Source: Arachnia propionica (GTDB lineage: Bacteria > Actinomycetota > Actinomycetes > Propionibacteriales > Propionibacteriaceae). From it: a stretch of 64,000 bases of DNA. The position numbers and the translations under genes are program-made. Under the pieces are notes generated by a model that saw only the letters and a program-made list of their open reading frames with translations, did no database searches and had not been told where the DNA came from. The DNA lies in contig PDSD01000038.1 of assembly GCA_002748325.1 (NCBI GenBank), forward strand, positions 4,523-68,522. The letters run 5' to 3'. This document shows positions 41,590 to 50,925 of the stretch, piece after piece (position 1 is the first letter of the stretch; each line of letters opens with the position of its first letter).

Positions 41590-42364
41590 ATTCACCGTCT
41601 CAATCAAAGCGATCGGTGCTGGCATAGCCAAGCTCTCCTGGGAGGCCCAACGCGTCCCGGCAGCGGTGTTGGAGCGGGCGGTGTCACTGGCAAGCGATGA
41701 TGCCTTGCTGGCGCAGGGCTACCGGCGGGTGGTGGTCGAAATCCCGGCCGGGGATCGCAACGCCAAGCGGGCGCTGCATCGAGCCGGCTTCCGGCGGGAA
41801 GGCACCATGCGGGCGGCATGGGCCACGCCGGCTGGTGACTATGAGGATGTGCTGCTGTATGCCCGGCTAGCCACCGACATGGTTTACGGCCCGGTCGGTT
41901 TCTCCGGCGTGTTGAACTCCGTTCTGCCCACCAAGCGAGTCATCGGCCACGCCCTATTTCGCGACGGCTACGGCAACGTCTTGCTGCTGGAGACCACTTA
42001 TAAGGACGATTGGGAACTGCCCGGTGGGGTAATCGAGCCAGGGGAATCACCCAGAGTGGGTACCTGCCGGGAGATCGCCGAGGAGCTTGGTGGCCTGTCA
42101 GTCTCTCTTGGCCAACCGAGCCTGGTTGACTGGTTGCCGCCCTACTTGGGTTGGTCGGACGCTATCGAGTTCCTCTTCGACGCTGGCGAATTGAGCGAGA
42201 ACCAGGTGGCCGAGCTTCGCGTCGGTGATGCCGAGATTAGGGCGCTGCATTGGGTTGCCCCGGAGGAAGTTGCCGAGCGTGTCACCGAGCTGTCGGCTCG
42301 GCGCATCGAACTGCTGCTTGCCGGCGGCGTGGGCCACACCGAGGACGGCAGGCTCACACTGTAG
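41582..42364 (+). CDS. partial GNAT(RimJ/RimL-like)-Nudix hydrolase fusion
   Basis: N-terminal ALHRAGFRREG...DVLLYARL; Nudix box GGVIEPGESPRVGTCREIAEELG. Confidence 0.8.
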   Translation: MSEFTVSIKAIGAGIAKLSWEAQRVPAAVLERAVSLASDDALLAQGYRRVVVEIPAGDRNAKRALHRAGFRREGTMRAAWATPAGDYEDVLLYARLATDMVYGPVGFSGVLNSVLPTKRVIGHALFRDGYGNVLLLETTYKDDWELPGGVIEPGESPRVGTCREIAEELGGLSVSLGQPSLVDWLPPYLGWSDAIEFLFDAGELSENQVAELRVGDAEIRALHWVAPEEVAERVTELSARRIELLLAGGVGHTEDGRLTL

Positions 42365-43258
42365 CTAGAACAGCAGACTGGCCATTCGCCTGCGGGCCTT
42401 GAGCACTTCTGGCGCGGTGTTGCCCACGACCAGGAACAACTCCAATAGCCGAACCCGGATGCTGTCGAGGTCTTCGGCTGACGCGCTGGCGCCAAAGTTC
42501 AGCAGCCGATCGAAGGCCTGGGCGGGTTGTCCCTGCGCGATCTCGACATCTGCTGCGGCTAGTTGGCTGGCCAGATCTTGTGGCGCCGCAGCCGCCTTGG
42601 TTGCCACCTCGGCCGGCGCCAGCTTGGTCACTCGTGCCAACAGCGCCGCCTGCGCCCGGCCAGCTGCCACTTCCAGATCATGCGGCGTTTCGGCTAGCAG
42701 TTTGTCGTACTCGGCGACAGCGGTTTGGTAGTCGCCCGCCTCGATGGCTGACTCGGCGGCGGCCAACCGAGGATCGGTGGCTGCTCCTTCGGCGCTAGCT
42801 GCGGGAGCCGCGCTCTGCGCGGGCGCGGTGCCGGTTATGCCATTGGCGAGCGCCAGCTGCGCGACCTGATCTAGCACCTGATCGATTTGCTCGGCATCGG
42901 CGGTGCCTTGGAACAGTGGCGCGAGCTGCGCGCCGATCAGTGCGACAACCGTCGGCACTGCCTGCACCCCCAAGGACTGCGCTAGCTGCTGGGCACTGGC
43001 GATTTCTACGCGGGCGAGCAGCATCTTGCCGGCTCTAGCATTCACTCGTTGCGCCAGCGTCTCGGAGAAAGCCTGGCCGCCAGCGTCGCTGGCGGAGAAA
43101 AACTCCAGCAAGACCGGGTAGCGGGTCGATTGTTCGGCTAAGGCCTGAACGTCGGCTTCCGTGGCGCTCACCACATAACTGGAGCCGGTGCCAGCTGGTG
43201 CTGCCGCCAAAGATGACAAATCAACGGCTCCGGGACGCGAGAAATCAGAATTGCTCAT
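42365..43258 (-). CDS. thioredoxin-like + TPR co-chaperone (YbbN/CnoX family)
   Basis: GAVDLS, VQAVPTV, PLFQG, TPR helices, RRRMASLLF C-terminus; no CxxC. Confidence 0.88.
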   Translation of the reverse strand: MSNSDFSRPGAVDLSSLAAAPAGTGSSYVVSATEADVQALAEQSTRYPVLLEFFSASDAGGQAFSETLAQRVNARAGKMLLARVEIASAQQLAQSLGVQAVPTVVALIGAQLAPLFQGTADAEQIDQVLDQVAQLALANGITGTAPAQSAAPAASAEGAATDPRLAAAESAIEAGDYQTAVAEYDKLLAETPHDLEVAAGRAQAALLARVTKLAPAEVATKAAAAPQDLASQLAAADVEIAQGQPAQAFDRLLNFGASASAEDLDSIRVRLLELFLVVGNTAPEVLKARRRMASLLF

Positions 43259-43290
43259 GTCGACCATTGTGTCATGCCAGGATTGGGGCT

Positions 43291-44925
43291 ATGGCAGCAA
43301 AGCGCGCCGGTCTACCGGCTCTTGACAGTGACCTCATCGACGTTGACGCCGTCCTTGCGGCCTACTATGACACCCAGCCCGATCCAGATGATCCGATGCA
43401 GCGAATCGTTTTCGGCACCTCCGGCCATCGCGGCTCGAGCTTGGATGGCTCGTTCAACGAGGCGCACATTGCCGCGACTACCCAGTCGATCGTGGAGTAC
43501 CGGGCAGCCCAAGGAATCACTGGGCCGCTCTTTATCGGCAAAGACACCCATGCGTTGTCTGGGCCAGCCTGGCAGACAGCGCTGGAGGTGCTGCACGCTA
43601 ACGGTGTCACCGTGCTTTCCGAACGGCCCGATGAATACACCCCGACCCCGGCGGTTTCCCGGGCTATTGTGCGGCACAACCGCGGCAGGACCCTGGATCT
43701 GGCAGATGGCATCGTCGTTACCCCGTCGCACAATCCACCGCGCGATGGCGGCTTCAAGTACAACCCGCCCCACGGCGGCCCGGCGGGCAGCGAAGCGACA
43801 GCCCAGATCGCCGACCGGGCCAACGAGTTGCTTCGGCAACCGGGTCAGATCCGTCGCAGCAACTACGAGCGCATCAGCGCCGAGTTGACCCGCTACGACT
43901 ACCGCACCCCGTACTGTGACGAACTAGGACTGGCGGTAGATCTGGCCGTGATCGCCCGCGAAGGCGTTCGTATCGGAGCCGACCCGTTGGGCGGCGCGGC
44001 GGTGCAGTACTGGCAGTACCTGGCTGAGAACACGAAGCTGGACTTGACCGTGGTGAACCCCAAAGTCGACCCGACCTGGCGGTTTATGACTCTGGACACC
44101 GACGGCAAGATCCGTATGGATTGCTCCTCCCCCAACGCGATGGCCTCGCTGGTGGCTTCCCGACACGACTACGACATATCCACCGGCAACGACGCCGACG
44201 CTGACCGGCACGGGATCGTGACGCCCGATGCCGGGCTGATGAACCCCAACGCTTATCTGGCCGTGGCAATCTCGTATCTATTTGCCCACCGGTCAGGCTG
44301 GCCAACGACCGCGGGCATCGGCAAGACTCTGGTCTCGTCGTCGCACATCAACGCCGTCGCGGAATCGCTGCAACGCAAGCTGATCGAGGTACCCGTCGGG
44401 TTCAAGTGGTTCGTTCCTGGCCTGAGCGATTCCTCGGTCGGTTTCGGCGGCGAGGAATCGGCTGGTGCTTCCTTCTTGACGATGGCCGGGGAGACCTGGA
44501 CCACCGACAAGGACGGGCTGCTGTTGGCGCTGCTCGCCAGCGAGATCCTGGCCGTCACCGGGCGCAGCCCGAGCCAGCACTATGCGGAACTGGTGAGCCG
44601 CTTCGGCACCTCGCACTACGCCCGCATCGATGTCGATGCCACGCGAGAGCAGAAGGCTAAGCTAGCGAAGCTAGACCGGAAATCGGTAACCGCCACCACA
44701 CTTGCCGGGGAACCGATCCGCGACATTCTCACCCATGCCCCCGGCAACGGGGCCGCCATTGGCGGAATCAAGGTGGTAACTGACACCTCGTGGTTCGCCG
44801 CGCGGCCTTCTGGCACGGAGGACAAGTACAAGATCTATGCGGAGTCGCTGGCTAGTGCTGAGCAGTTGGCGGCCGTCCAAGCGCAAGCGCAGCAGGTGGT
44901 TGACGACGCCCTGGCGGCAAGCTAG
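43291..44925 (+). CDS. pgm: phosphoglucomutase
   Basis: FGTSGHRG, TPSHNP, DADADR, GGEESAG, RPSGTE. Confidence 0.96.
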   Translation: MAAKRAGLPALDSDLIDVDAVLAAYYDTQPDPDDPMQRIVFGTSGHRGSSLDGSFNEAHIAATTQSIVEYRAAQGITGPLFIGKDTHALSGPAWQTALEVLHANGVTVLSERPDEYTPTPAVSRAIVRHNRGRTLDLADGIVVTPSHNPPRDGGFKYNPPHGGPAGSEATAQIADRANELLRQPGQIRRSNYERISAELTRYDYRTPYCDELGLAVDLAVIAREGVRIGADPLGGAAVQYWQYLAENTKLDLTVVNPKVDPTWRFMTLDTDGKIRMDCSSPNAMASLVASRHDYDISTGNDADADRHGIVTPDAGLMNPNAYLAVAISYLFAHRSGWPTTAGIGKTLVSSSHINAVAESLQRKLIEVPVGFKWFVPGLSDSSVGFGGEESAGASFLTMAGETWTTDKDGLLLALLASEILAVTGRSPSQHYAELVSRFGTSHYARIDVDATREQKAKLAKLDRKSVTATTLAGEPIRDILTHAPGNGAAIGGIKVVTDTSWFAARPSGTEDKYKIYAESLASAEQLAAVQAQAQQVVDDALAAS

Positions 44926-45470
44926 GCGGTTTCGGCTGAAGTAGTTGGCTTGCCTTTGGATGTGGGCATCGCCTTGCGCAGCCCTAGCCGCTGAATTACC
45001 ACTTGGATCATCTGGCAACGCTTGTCCGGGCTGCCGACAAATCGGATTTCGCGTAGCCCTTGCCCCTGTGCGGCCGACTCGAAGACGAAATGCCCGTAGC
45101 CGAGCAGTTGGCCAAGGATTGTTCTGGTTAGCGAAATATCGAGGATTCGGCTCATGGGCATGATTGCCACATGCTGGGTGAATACCCCATGCACTCGAAA
45201 GACTCGAATGTTGGTAATCACGAATCGATCCATGTGCTGCTCATGCACCTTGCCCAGCCCGAAAAGTAAAACCACCAAGCCTGCTAGCAGCGGCAGCCAA
45301 AAGAGTCCTTTGGCTGGAATCATCAGCACGAACAACGGGATGCTTAGGGCTGTTAACAAATACCAGCCGATACTTGCCGCCCAGTGCTTGGCCACCTCAT
45401 CGAGAACGACCTCACCCTCCTCGTGGAGCAGGTGCTGATCGATGTCGGGGTTAACTAGCCGCTCGAGCAC
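44922..45470 (-). CDS. bPH_2 (PH domain) membrane protein
   Basis: Two TMs then FVITNIRV...RILDIS...LLGYGHFVFESA. Confidence 0.8.
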   Translation of the reverse strand: MLERLVNPDIDQHLLHEEGEVVLDEVAKHWAASIGWYLLTALSIPLFVLMIPAKGLFWLPLLAGLVVLLFGLGKVHEQHMDRFVITNIRVFRVHGVFTQHVAIMPMSRILDISLTRTILGQLLGYGHFVFESAAQGQGLREIRFVGSPDKRCQMIQVVIQRLGLRKAMPTSKGKPTTSAETA

Positions 45471-45479
45471 GTCGATTAG

Positions 45480-45635
45480 TCAGGAGGCCAGCCTGGTGAA
45501 GAAAGTTCCCAGCGCTTCAAACGCGCCAAAGAAAGTTTTCACTGCCTCTGCTGCTGCTTCCGGCCGGGTAAACAAGTAGAACACGACGAAGGCCGCCACG
45601 AGCACAACGAGGATCTTTTTGATCCAACCGACCAT
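45480..45635 (-). CDS. small membrane protein (51 aa), below the ORF-track cutoff
   Basis: MVGWIKKILVVLVAAFVVFYLFTRPEAAAEAVKTFFGAFEALGTFFTRLAS; SD GGAGG; ends just before the bPH_2 gene. Confidence 0.8.
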   Translation of the reverse strand: MVGWIKKILVVLVAAFVVFYLFTRPEAAAEAVKTFFGAFEALGTFFTRLAS

Positions 45636-45770
45636 ATCCGCCTCCGATGATTACCTAGAGCTTCAAGACTAGTTTGCCTTGGCAACAGATATTTCCGGGG
45701 AAGCCACGCCGAGAAAAACTTCAAGTGTGCCGCTGTCGCCTGGCTGGCGACAATGTGGGAAACTGTAGGC

Positions 45771-46211
45771 ATGATAGACGCTGACCTTTTCATCTGCATC
45801 GACCATGTAGGACTGGCTGTCCCCGATCTCGACGAGGCTATCGCCTTCCACACCGAGACCTTTGGCTGGCGCGAACTGCACCGCGAGGTTAACGAGGAGC
45901 AGGGTGTGGCGGAAGCAATGATGGGAACCGGTGCCCAGGGCGCGGAAAACGCCAAGATTCAGTTGCTAGCGCCGCTGCGCGAAGACTCGGCGATCGGCAA
46001 ATTCCTCGCTAAGAATGGACCTGGGATCCAGCAACTCGCCTACCGGGTTGCTGATCTCGATCATGTCAGCGAAGTGCTTCGCTCCCGGGGGATGCGGCTG
46101 CTTTACCCTGAAGCCAAACGCGGCACCGCAAACAGCCGGATCAACTTCGTTCATCCCAAGGACGCCCGGGGCGTGTTGCTGGAACTCGTCGAACTGCCTG
46201 CTGAGAGCTGA
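45771..46211 (+). CDS. mce: methylmalonyl-CoA epimerase
   Basis: IDHVGLAV, NEEQGVAEAM, GPGIQQLAYRV, NFVHPKD, LLELVE. Confidence 0.95.
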   Translation: MIDADLFICIDHVGLAVPDLDEAIAFHTETFGWRELHREVNEEQGVAEAMMGTGAQGAENAKIQLLAPLREDSAIGKFLAKNGPGIQQLAYRVADLDHVSEVLRSRGMRLLYPEAKRGTANSRINFVHPKDARGVLLELVELPAES

Positions 46212-46213
46212 TC

Positions 46214-47275
46214 ATGTCACAGGAGCAGACTGACAACGCCGGTCTCGGCCTATTTGAAGATGCTTCTTCGGCAGCTGGTGGGTTTCCCACGGCCATGTTT
46301 GGCTACGACCGGCATGCGGTAGACACTTTCGTCCGGGAGCTTGAGGCCAAACTGGTACAGCACCGCGCCGATCTGCGCGAACAATCGCTGCGGCTAGACC
46401 ACGTTCGCCGTGAGAGCGGCGAAACCGAGTACGGCAAGCTCGGAGCCCAGGCCAAAGCACTGCTGGTCGCAGCTGAACAACAGGGCCTAGATATTATTCG
46501 CAAGGCTGAAGGCGAAGCCGAACGCGTCAAGGGCGAAGGTCGCCGCAGTGCGGCCGCGTTGCGGGAAGCCGCCCAGCGAGAGGCCGACGAGGTGCGCCTA
46601 TCCGGGCTGTCGGCGCTGCGCAAGCTTCGCCAGGAGCAGGCCGAGGCCGGTCGACAAAGCCTCGAAAACGCCAAGCGTGACGCGCACTTGATCACCGCTG
46701 ATGCGGAGACCAAGGCCACCGTCAGGCTGCAGACTGCTGAGCAACAGGCCGCGTCGATGCTGGAAGCAGCTAAAGCCCAGGCGGCGCAGATCGTACAAGA
46801 AGCCGTCCAGCAGGCCGCGGAACGCTCCGAAGAAGTCGAGCGTCAGGCCACTGCTCGTACCGAGCAGCTCGCCGAACTTGCCTCGCAAACTGAGCAGCGA
46901 ATCGCAGCACAGTTGGAAAGCGCTGAGAACAACCAGCGTGAGGCCGCCAACAACGTCGCGGCGGCCCGAGTGGAAGCTGGCCAAATCCGCAGCGAGGCCG
47001 TCGCTGCGGCCGAACAGTTGCGGGTCGGCGCAGCGCGTGAAGCTGAGGAAACGATTGCGGCGATGCGGGCCACGATTAGTGAAGCTGAGACAGCCGTTGA
47101 AGAGCGGTTGGCGTGGCGCCGCGAACAGCTGGAACGCGAGATCGCGGCATTAGAAACCAAGCGCTCAGCCATCATGGCGACGATGGCGAACCTCCGTGAG
47201 CTGGCCTCTGAAGGTATCGAAGCAGACACCGAGCCAACCCAAGTGTTAGATCCTGGCGGTTCGACGGATGACTGA
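46214..47275 (+). CDS. DivIVA-domain coiled-coil protein (FilP/Scy-like)
   Basis: FPTAMFGYDRHAVD DivIVA-type motif followed by a long Ala/Glu/Arg/Gln coiled coil. Confidence 0.75.
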   Translation: MSQEQTDNAGLGLFEDASSAAGGFPTAMFGYDRHAVDTFVRELEAKLVQHRADLREQSLRLDHVRRESGETEYGKLGAQAKALLVAAEQQGLDIIRKAEGEAERVKGEGRRSAAALREAAQREADEVRLSGLSALRKLRQEQAEAGRQSLENAKRDAHLITADAETKATVRLQTAEQQAASMLEAAKAQAAQIVQEAVQQAAERSEEVERQATARTEQLAELASQTEQRIAAQLESAENNQREAANNVAAARVEAGQIRSEAVAAAEQLRVGAAREAEETIAAMRATISEAETAVEERLAWRREQLEREIAALETKRSAIMATMANLRELASEGIEADTEPTQVLDPGGSTDD

Positions 47276-48521
47276 TACCCCCGGCGACCGCGGTGATGGC
47301 CAAGTTGGCGAGCCAACCGGCGAGCCCGCAGCAGCAGGAGGCGACAAGCCGGTTTCCAGGCGAGCTCGGTATCAAGGTTTTCTGCGCCGATTCTTTGGCA
47401 AAGCAAAGGGCAGTGCGAAGCAGATCTTGACCGCGCCGCCCGAACCGCGCATCGTGCCGGTGCCACCGGTGGTGGTCAACAGCGAGTCCAAGCTGCTGCG
47501 CTACTCCCCGTTTTCGCTGGGTTTCTTTGGTGCGCTAGGCGTGCTGGTCGCGCTGGGCCTAGCTCGCGCCGTCGTGCAAGTCCAAAGCGTCCTTGTGCTC
47601 GTGCTATTGGCGTTATTCCTGGCGCTTGGCCTGTCCCCGGCGGTCGATTTCCTCACCCGCCGCCGCTTGCCTCGCGGAGTGTCGGTGCTGATCGTCGCAG
47701 TGGCCAGCCTTGGCGTAATCAGCTTGGGCGTCACCGCCCTGGTTCCGATCCTCACCGAGCAGACCCAGTTGCTGGCCCAAAACCTGCCGTACTTGCTGGA
47801 CAACCTGCTGCAAAATCCGCAGCTCGCGCAATGGAACGAGCAGTACAAGATCGTTGACGAGGTGCAGCAGTTCCTGACCTCCGGCAAGCTGCTACAGCAG
47901 CTATTCGGTGGCATCTGGAACGCCGGGCTGTTGCTAGCCAACGCGATGTTTTCGTTGATAGTCACCACGGTGCTGACCATCTACTTCCTCGCCTCACTGC
48001 CGACGATCAAGCAGGCGATATATCGGTTGGCGCCAGCCAGCCGCCGCGATCGCGCGCGCTACCTTGCCGACGAGATCTTCCGCGGTGTCTCCAACTACAT
48101 CACCGGCATGTTCATCATCGTGACGGTGGCGTCGGTTTCGGCGTTCGTATTCATGAACATCGTGGGCCTTAGCAGCTACTCGCTGGCCCTGGCCTTTGTG
48201 GTCGCGCTGTTCTGCTTCATCCCGCTGGTAGGCTCCTCGCTCGCCATGGCGGCCGTCGCCATAGTCGGCTTCGCGGTTAATCCGCCCATCGGGGTCATCA
48301 CGATCATCTACTTCCTGATCTATCAGCAATTTGATAGCTACCTGCTGTACCCGACCGTGTTCCGGCACACCGTGAAAGTCCCAGGGGCGCTCGTGGTGCT
48401 GTCAGCCATCATTGGCGGCATGTTGTTGGGCGTGATCGGGGCCCTGATCGCCATCCCCACAGCCGCAGCACTGCTGTTGCTGTACCGCGAGGTGCTACTA
48501 CCCCACCTCGACGCCAGCTAG
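47268..48521 (+). CDS. AI-2E family transporter
   Basis: Multi-TM; [24 protein letters not shown]. Confidence 0.9.
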   Translation: MTDTPGDRGDGQVGEPTGEPAAAGGDKPVSRRARYQGFLRRFFGKAKGSAKQILTAPPEPRIVPVPPVVVNSESKLLRYSPFSLGFFGALGVLVALGLARAVVQVQSVLVLVLLALFLALGLSPAVDFLTRRRLPRGVSVLIVAVASLGVISLGVTALVPILTEQTQLLAQNLPYLLDNLLQNPQLAQWNEQYKIVDEVQQFLTSGKLLQQLFGGIWNAGLLLANAMFSLIVTTVLTIYFLASLPTIKQAIYRLAPASRRDRARYLADEIFRGVSNYITGMFIIVTVASVSAFVFMNIVGLSSYSLALAFVVALFCFIPLVGSSLAMAAVAIVGFAVNPPIGVITIIYFLIYQQFDSYLLYPTVFRHTVKVPGALVVLSAIIGGMLLGVIGALIAIPTAAALLLLYREVLLPHLDAS

Positions 48522-48531
48522 ACTAAGGCGC

Positions 48532-49224
48532 GTGCGTCTGGTCATAGCTTCCTGCCAAGTCGATTACGCTGGGCGGCTTACCTCTCATCTGCCGATCGCA
48601 AAACGACTAATAATGCTCAAGTCCGACGGCTCCGTGTCGGTTCACGCCGATGATCGGGCCTACAAACCGCTGAACTGGATGTCCGCGCCCTGCACGCTGA
48701 CAGTAAGCGAGCCCGACGATGAGGCCCGCGAGCGTGGCATCACCGAGGTCTGGTCGGTTCGCGCCCCCAACAAAGACACCCTGCAAATCCAACTTGGCGA
48801 GGTCTTCCTCGATTCCGAGCATACCTTCGGGGTCGACCCGGGGCTGCAAAAGGACGGCGTCGAAGCCCACCTGCAAGCCCTGTTGGCCGAACACCCTGCC
48901 ACGCTCGGCGCCGGGTATCAACTGGTGCAGCGGGAGTATCAAACACCGATTGGCCCGGTTGACCTGCTGCTGCGCGACGATACCGGCGGCTACGTTGCAG
49001 TCGAGGTGAAGCGACGCGGCGAGATCGACGGCGTTGAGCAACTAACCCGATACTTGGAGCTGCTGAACCGAGATCCGCTGCTGGCACCAGTACATGGCCT
49101 GTTCGCGGCCCAGCAAATAAAACCGCAGGCCAAGGTGTTGGCAACCGACCGTGGTATCGGCTGCGTCACGGTGGACTACGACGAACTTCGCGGTCTTGAC
49201 AACCTAGCTGAGCGGCTGTTTTGA
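48532..49224 (+). CDS. nucS: endonuclease NucS/EndoMS
   Basis: [42 protein letters not shown]. Confidence 0.96.
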   Translation: MRLVIASCQVDYAGRLTSHLPIAKRLIMLKSDGSVSVHADDRAYKPLNWMSAPCTLTVSEPDDEARERGITEVWSVRAPNKDTLQIQLGEVFLDSEHTFGVDPGLQKDGVEAHLQALLAEHPATLGAGYQLVQREYQTPIGPVDLLLRDDTGGYVAVEVKRRGEIDGVEQLTRYLELLNRDPLLAPVHGLFAAQQIKPQAKVLATDRGIGCVTVDYDELRGLDNLAERLF

Positions 49225-49505
49225 TGCCGCGTTCTCGATCTCGCAGCAAACATGCGCGTCCGCACCGCCCGCTGGCAGTGAGCACCGCCGCCACGCGCCG
49301 CCAACTCTCCAGAGGCGTCTACATCGTGAAGCAGGTTCCCGCCGCGCAAGCTGCCAAGAGCTACGTCTGCCCCGGCTGTAACACCCGCATCGCCCCTGGT
49401 CAAGCACATGTAGTTGCCTGGCCCCAACAGGCGGGGTTGGGCGAGCCAGTCGGAATCACCGCGCGCCGCCACTGGCATCGCCACTGCTGGAGTATTGCGC
49501 AATGA
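49224..49505 (+). CDS. small conserved actinobacterial protein with CxxC/HWHxxC motif
   Basis: KSYVCPGC, HVVAW, RRHWHRHCW; TGATG overlap with nucS. Confidence 0.75.
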   Translation: MPRSRSRSKHARPHRPLAVSTAATRRQLSRGVYIVKQVPAAQAAKSYVCPGCNTRIAPGQAHVVAWPQQAGLGEPVGITARRHWHRHCWSIAQ

Positions 49506-50269
49506 AGTTCCACCTGATGCAAGTCGGCCGCGGCAGCCAGCCAGTGGTGTTCCTGCACGGGCTGTTTGGGCAGGGGCGCAACTTTTTGTCAATTGCGAAC
49601 CAGCTGCAATCAGCTGCCACCTGCTACATGGTGGATCTACCAAATCACGGCCATTCGTCTTGGACGGTCGGCTTCACCCTGATTCAGCAAGCCGATCTGG
49701 TGGCTGATTGGTTGCGCGACAACTTCTCACATCCGGTAACCCTGGTTGGGCATTCGTTGGGCGGCAAGATCGCCATGTTGGTGGCGCTGCGCCATCCGCG
49801 CCTGGTAGCGAAACTCGTGGTCATCGACATCGCGCCTAGCGAATCGGAAACCGTCGCTGGTTTCGCTTCGCTAATCACCGCGCTGCAGCGGCTCCCCTTG
49901 GAAAAATTGGCGACCCGCGGGCAGGCCGACGAGCTACTTGCTGAGATCATCCCAGATAAAGGCACGCGAGCCTTCCTCCTGCAGAATCTACGCCGCCATA
50001 GCGGGCACTGGAGCTGGCTGGCCAATCTTGACCTCCTCGCCGATTCTCTGCCCGAGATCGCCTCCTGGCCCGAGGTAAGCGGTAGCTTTACTGAGCCGGT
50101 GCTGTGGCTACTTGGCGGCAACTCCAGCTACGTGCAGCCGGAACAAGAAGCCGCCATGCGCGACCGGTTTCCGACAACGATTCGACTTGTAGCCAAAGGA
50201 GCCGGGCACTTGGTGCACGTCGATAGACCACAGATAGTCGTCGATGCGATTCGGCAACTACTGGCTTAG
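49502..50269 (+). CDS. alpha/beta hydrolase (YbfF-like esterase)
   Basis: LHGLFG, DLPNHG, GHSLGG, DIAP, AGHLVH. Confidence 0.92.
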   Translation: MKFHLMQVGRGSQPVVFLHGLFGQGRNFLSIANQLQSAATCYMVDLPNHGHSSWTVGFTLIQQADLVADWLRDNFSHPVTLVGHSLGGKIAMLVALRHPRLVAKLVVIDIAPSESETVAGFASLITALQRLPLEKLATRGQADELLAEIIPDKGTRAFLLQNLRRHSGHWSWLANLDLLADSLPEIASWPEVSGSFTEPVLWLLGGNSSYVQPEQEAAMRDRFPTTIRLVAKGAGHLVHVDRPQIVVDAIRQLLA

Positions 50270-50925
50270 CCGACGCTCACCGAAACAATGCTGGCGTCCG
50301 CGATTGGCGAGGTTTGGTCTGCCGCATCGATGCCTTCCGCCGCGATCCCTGCAACCACATCAATACCGGCTTTATCCATTGTGCCAAACACGGTGTATTC
50401 GGGCGGCAACGGGGTATCAGCCCATACCAGGAAGAACTGGGAACCGCCGGTGGCGGCATTCCCACCGCGGTTAGCCATGGCAACCGTGCCCGCCGGGTAG
50501 GTCATGCCCGGATCGGTTTCGTCGGGAATCGTATAGCCAGGGCCACCAGCCCCGGTGGCGCTGGGATCACCACATTGCAAGATAAAGATGCCAGTATCCA
50601 CCAACCGATGACAGACCGTATCGTCGAAATAGCCCTGCTGCGCCAGCGACAGGAACGAATTTACGGTGCACGGTGCCGCCTCGCGGTTCATTGTCAACGC
50701 GACGTCACCAGCCTTGAAGTGGAGTGTTGCCGTGGCCGTGCCCGCTTTGGCAATCCCAGTCTCAGCTGGCGGATCAACCGGTTTTGCCGGGGTACCTGCG
50801 GCCGGATACGCGCAATCAACCCCGGCCTGCGCATCAACGCTGGGTGCTGACTGGTTCGCATCCTGGCAGCCGGTCGGGCCTATCAACAATCCAATTGCCA
50901 CAACGGTCAAGGCAACACGTTTCAA
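50266..50925 (-). CDS. cyclophilin-type peptidyl-prolyl isomerase, probable lipoprotein
   Basis: APCTVNSF, CHRL, LQCGDP, GTVAMAN, GSQFF, YTVFG; from TTG 50925, MKRVALTVVAIGLLIGPTGC signal peptide/lipobox. Confidence 0.9.
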   Translation of the reverse strand: MKRVALTVVAIGLLIGPTGCQDANQSAPSVDAQAGVDCAYPAAGTPAKPVDPPAETGIAKAGTATATLHFKAGDVALTMNREAAPCTVNSFLSLAQQGYFDDTVCHRLVDTGIFILQCGDPSATGAGGPGYTIPDETDPGMTYPAGTVAMANRGGNAATGGSQFFLVWADTPLPPEYTVFGTMDKAGIDVVAGIAAEGIDAADQTSPIADASIVSVSVG

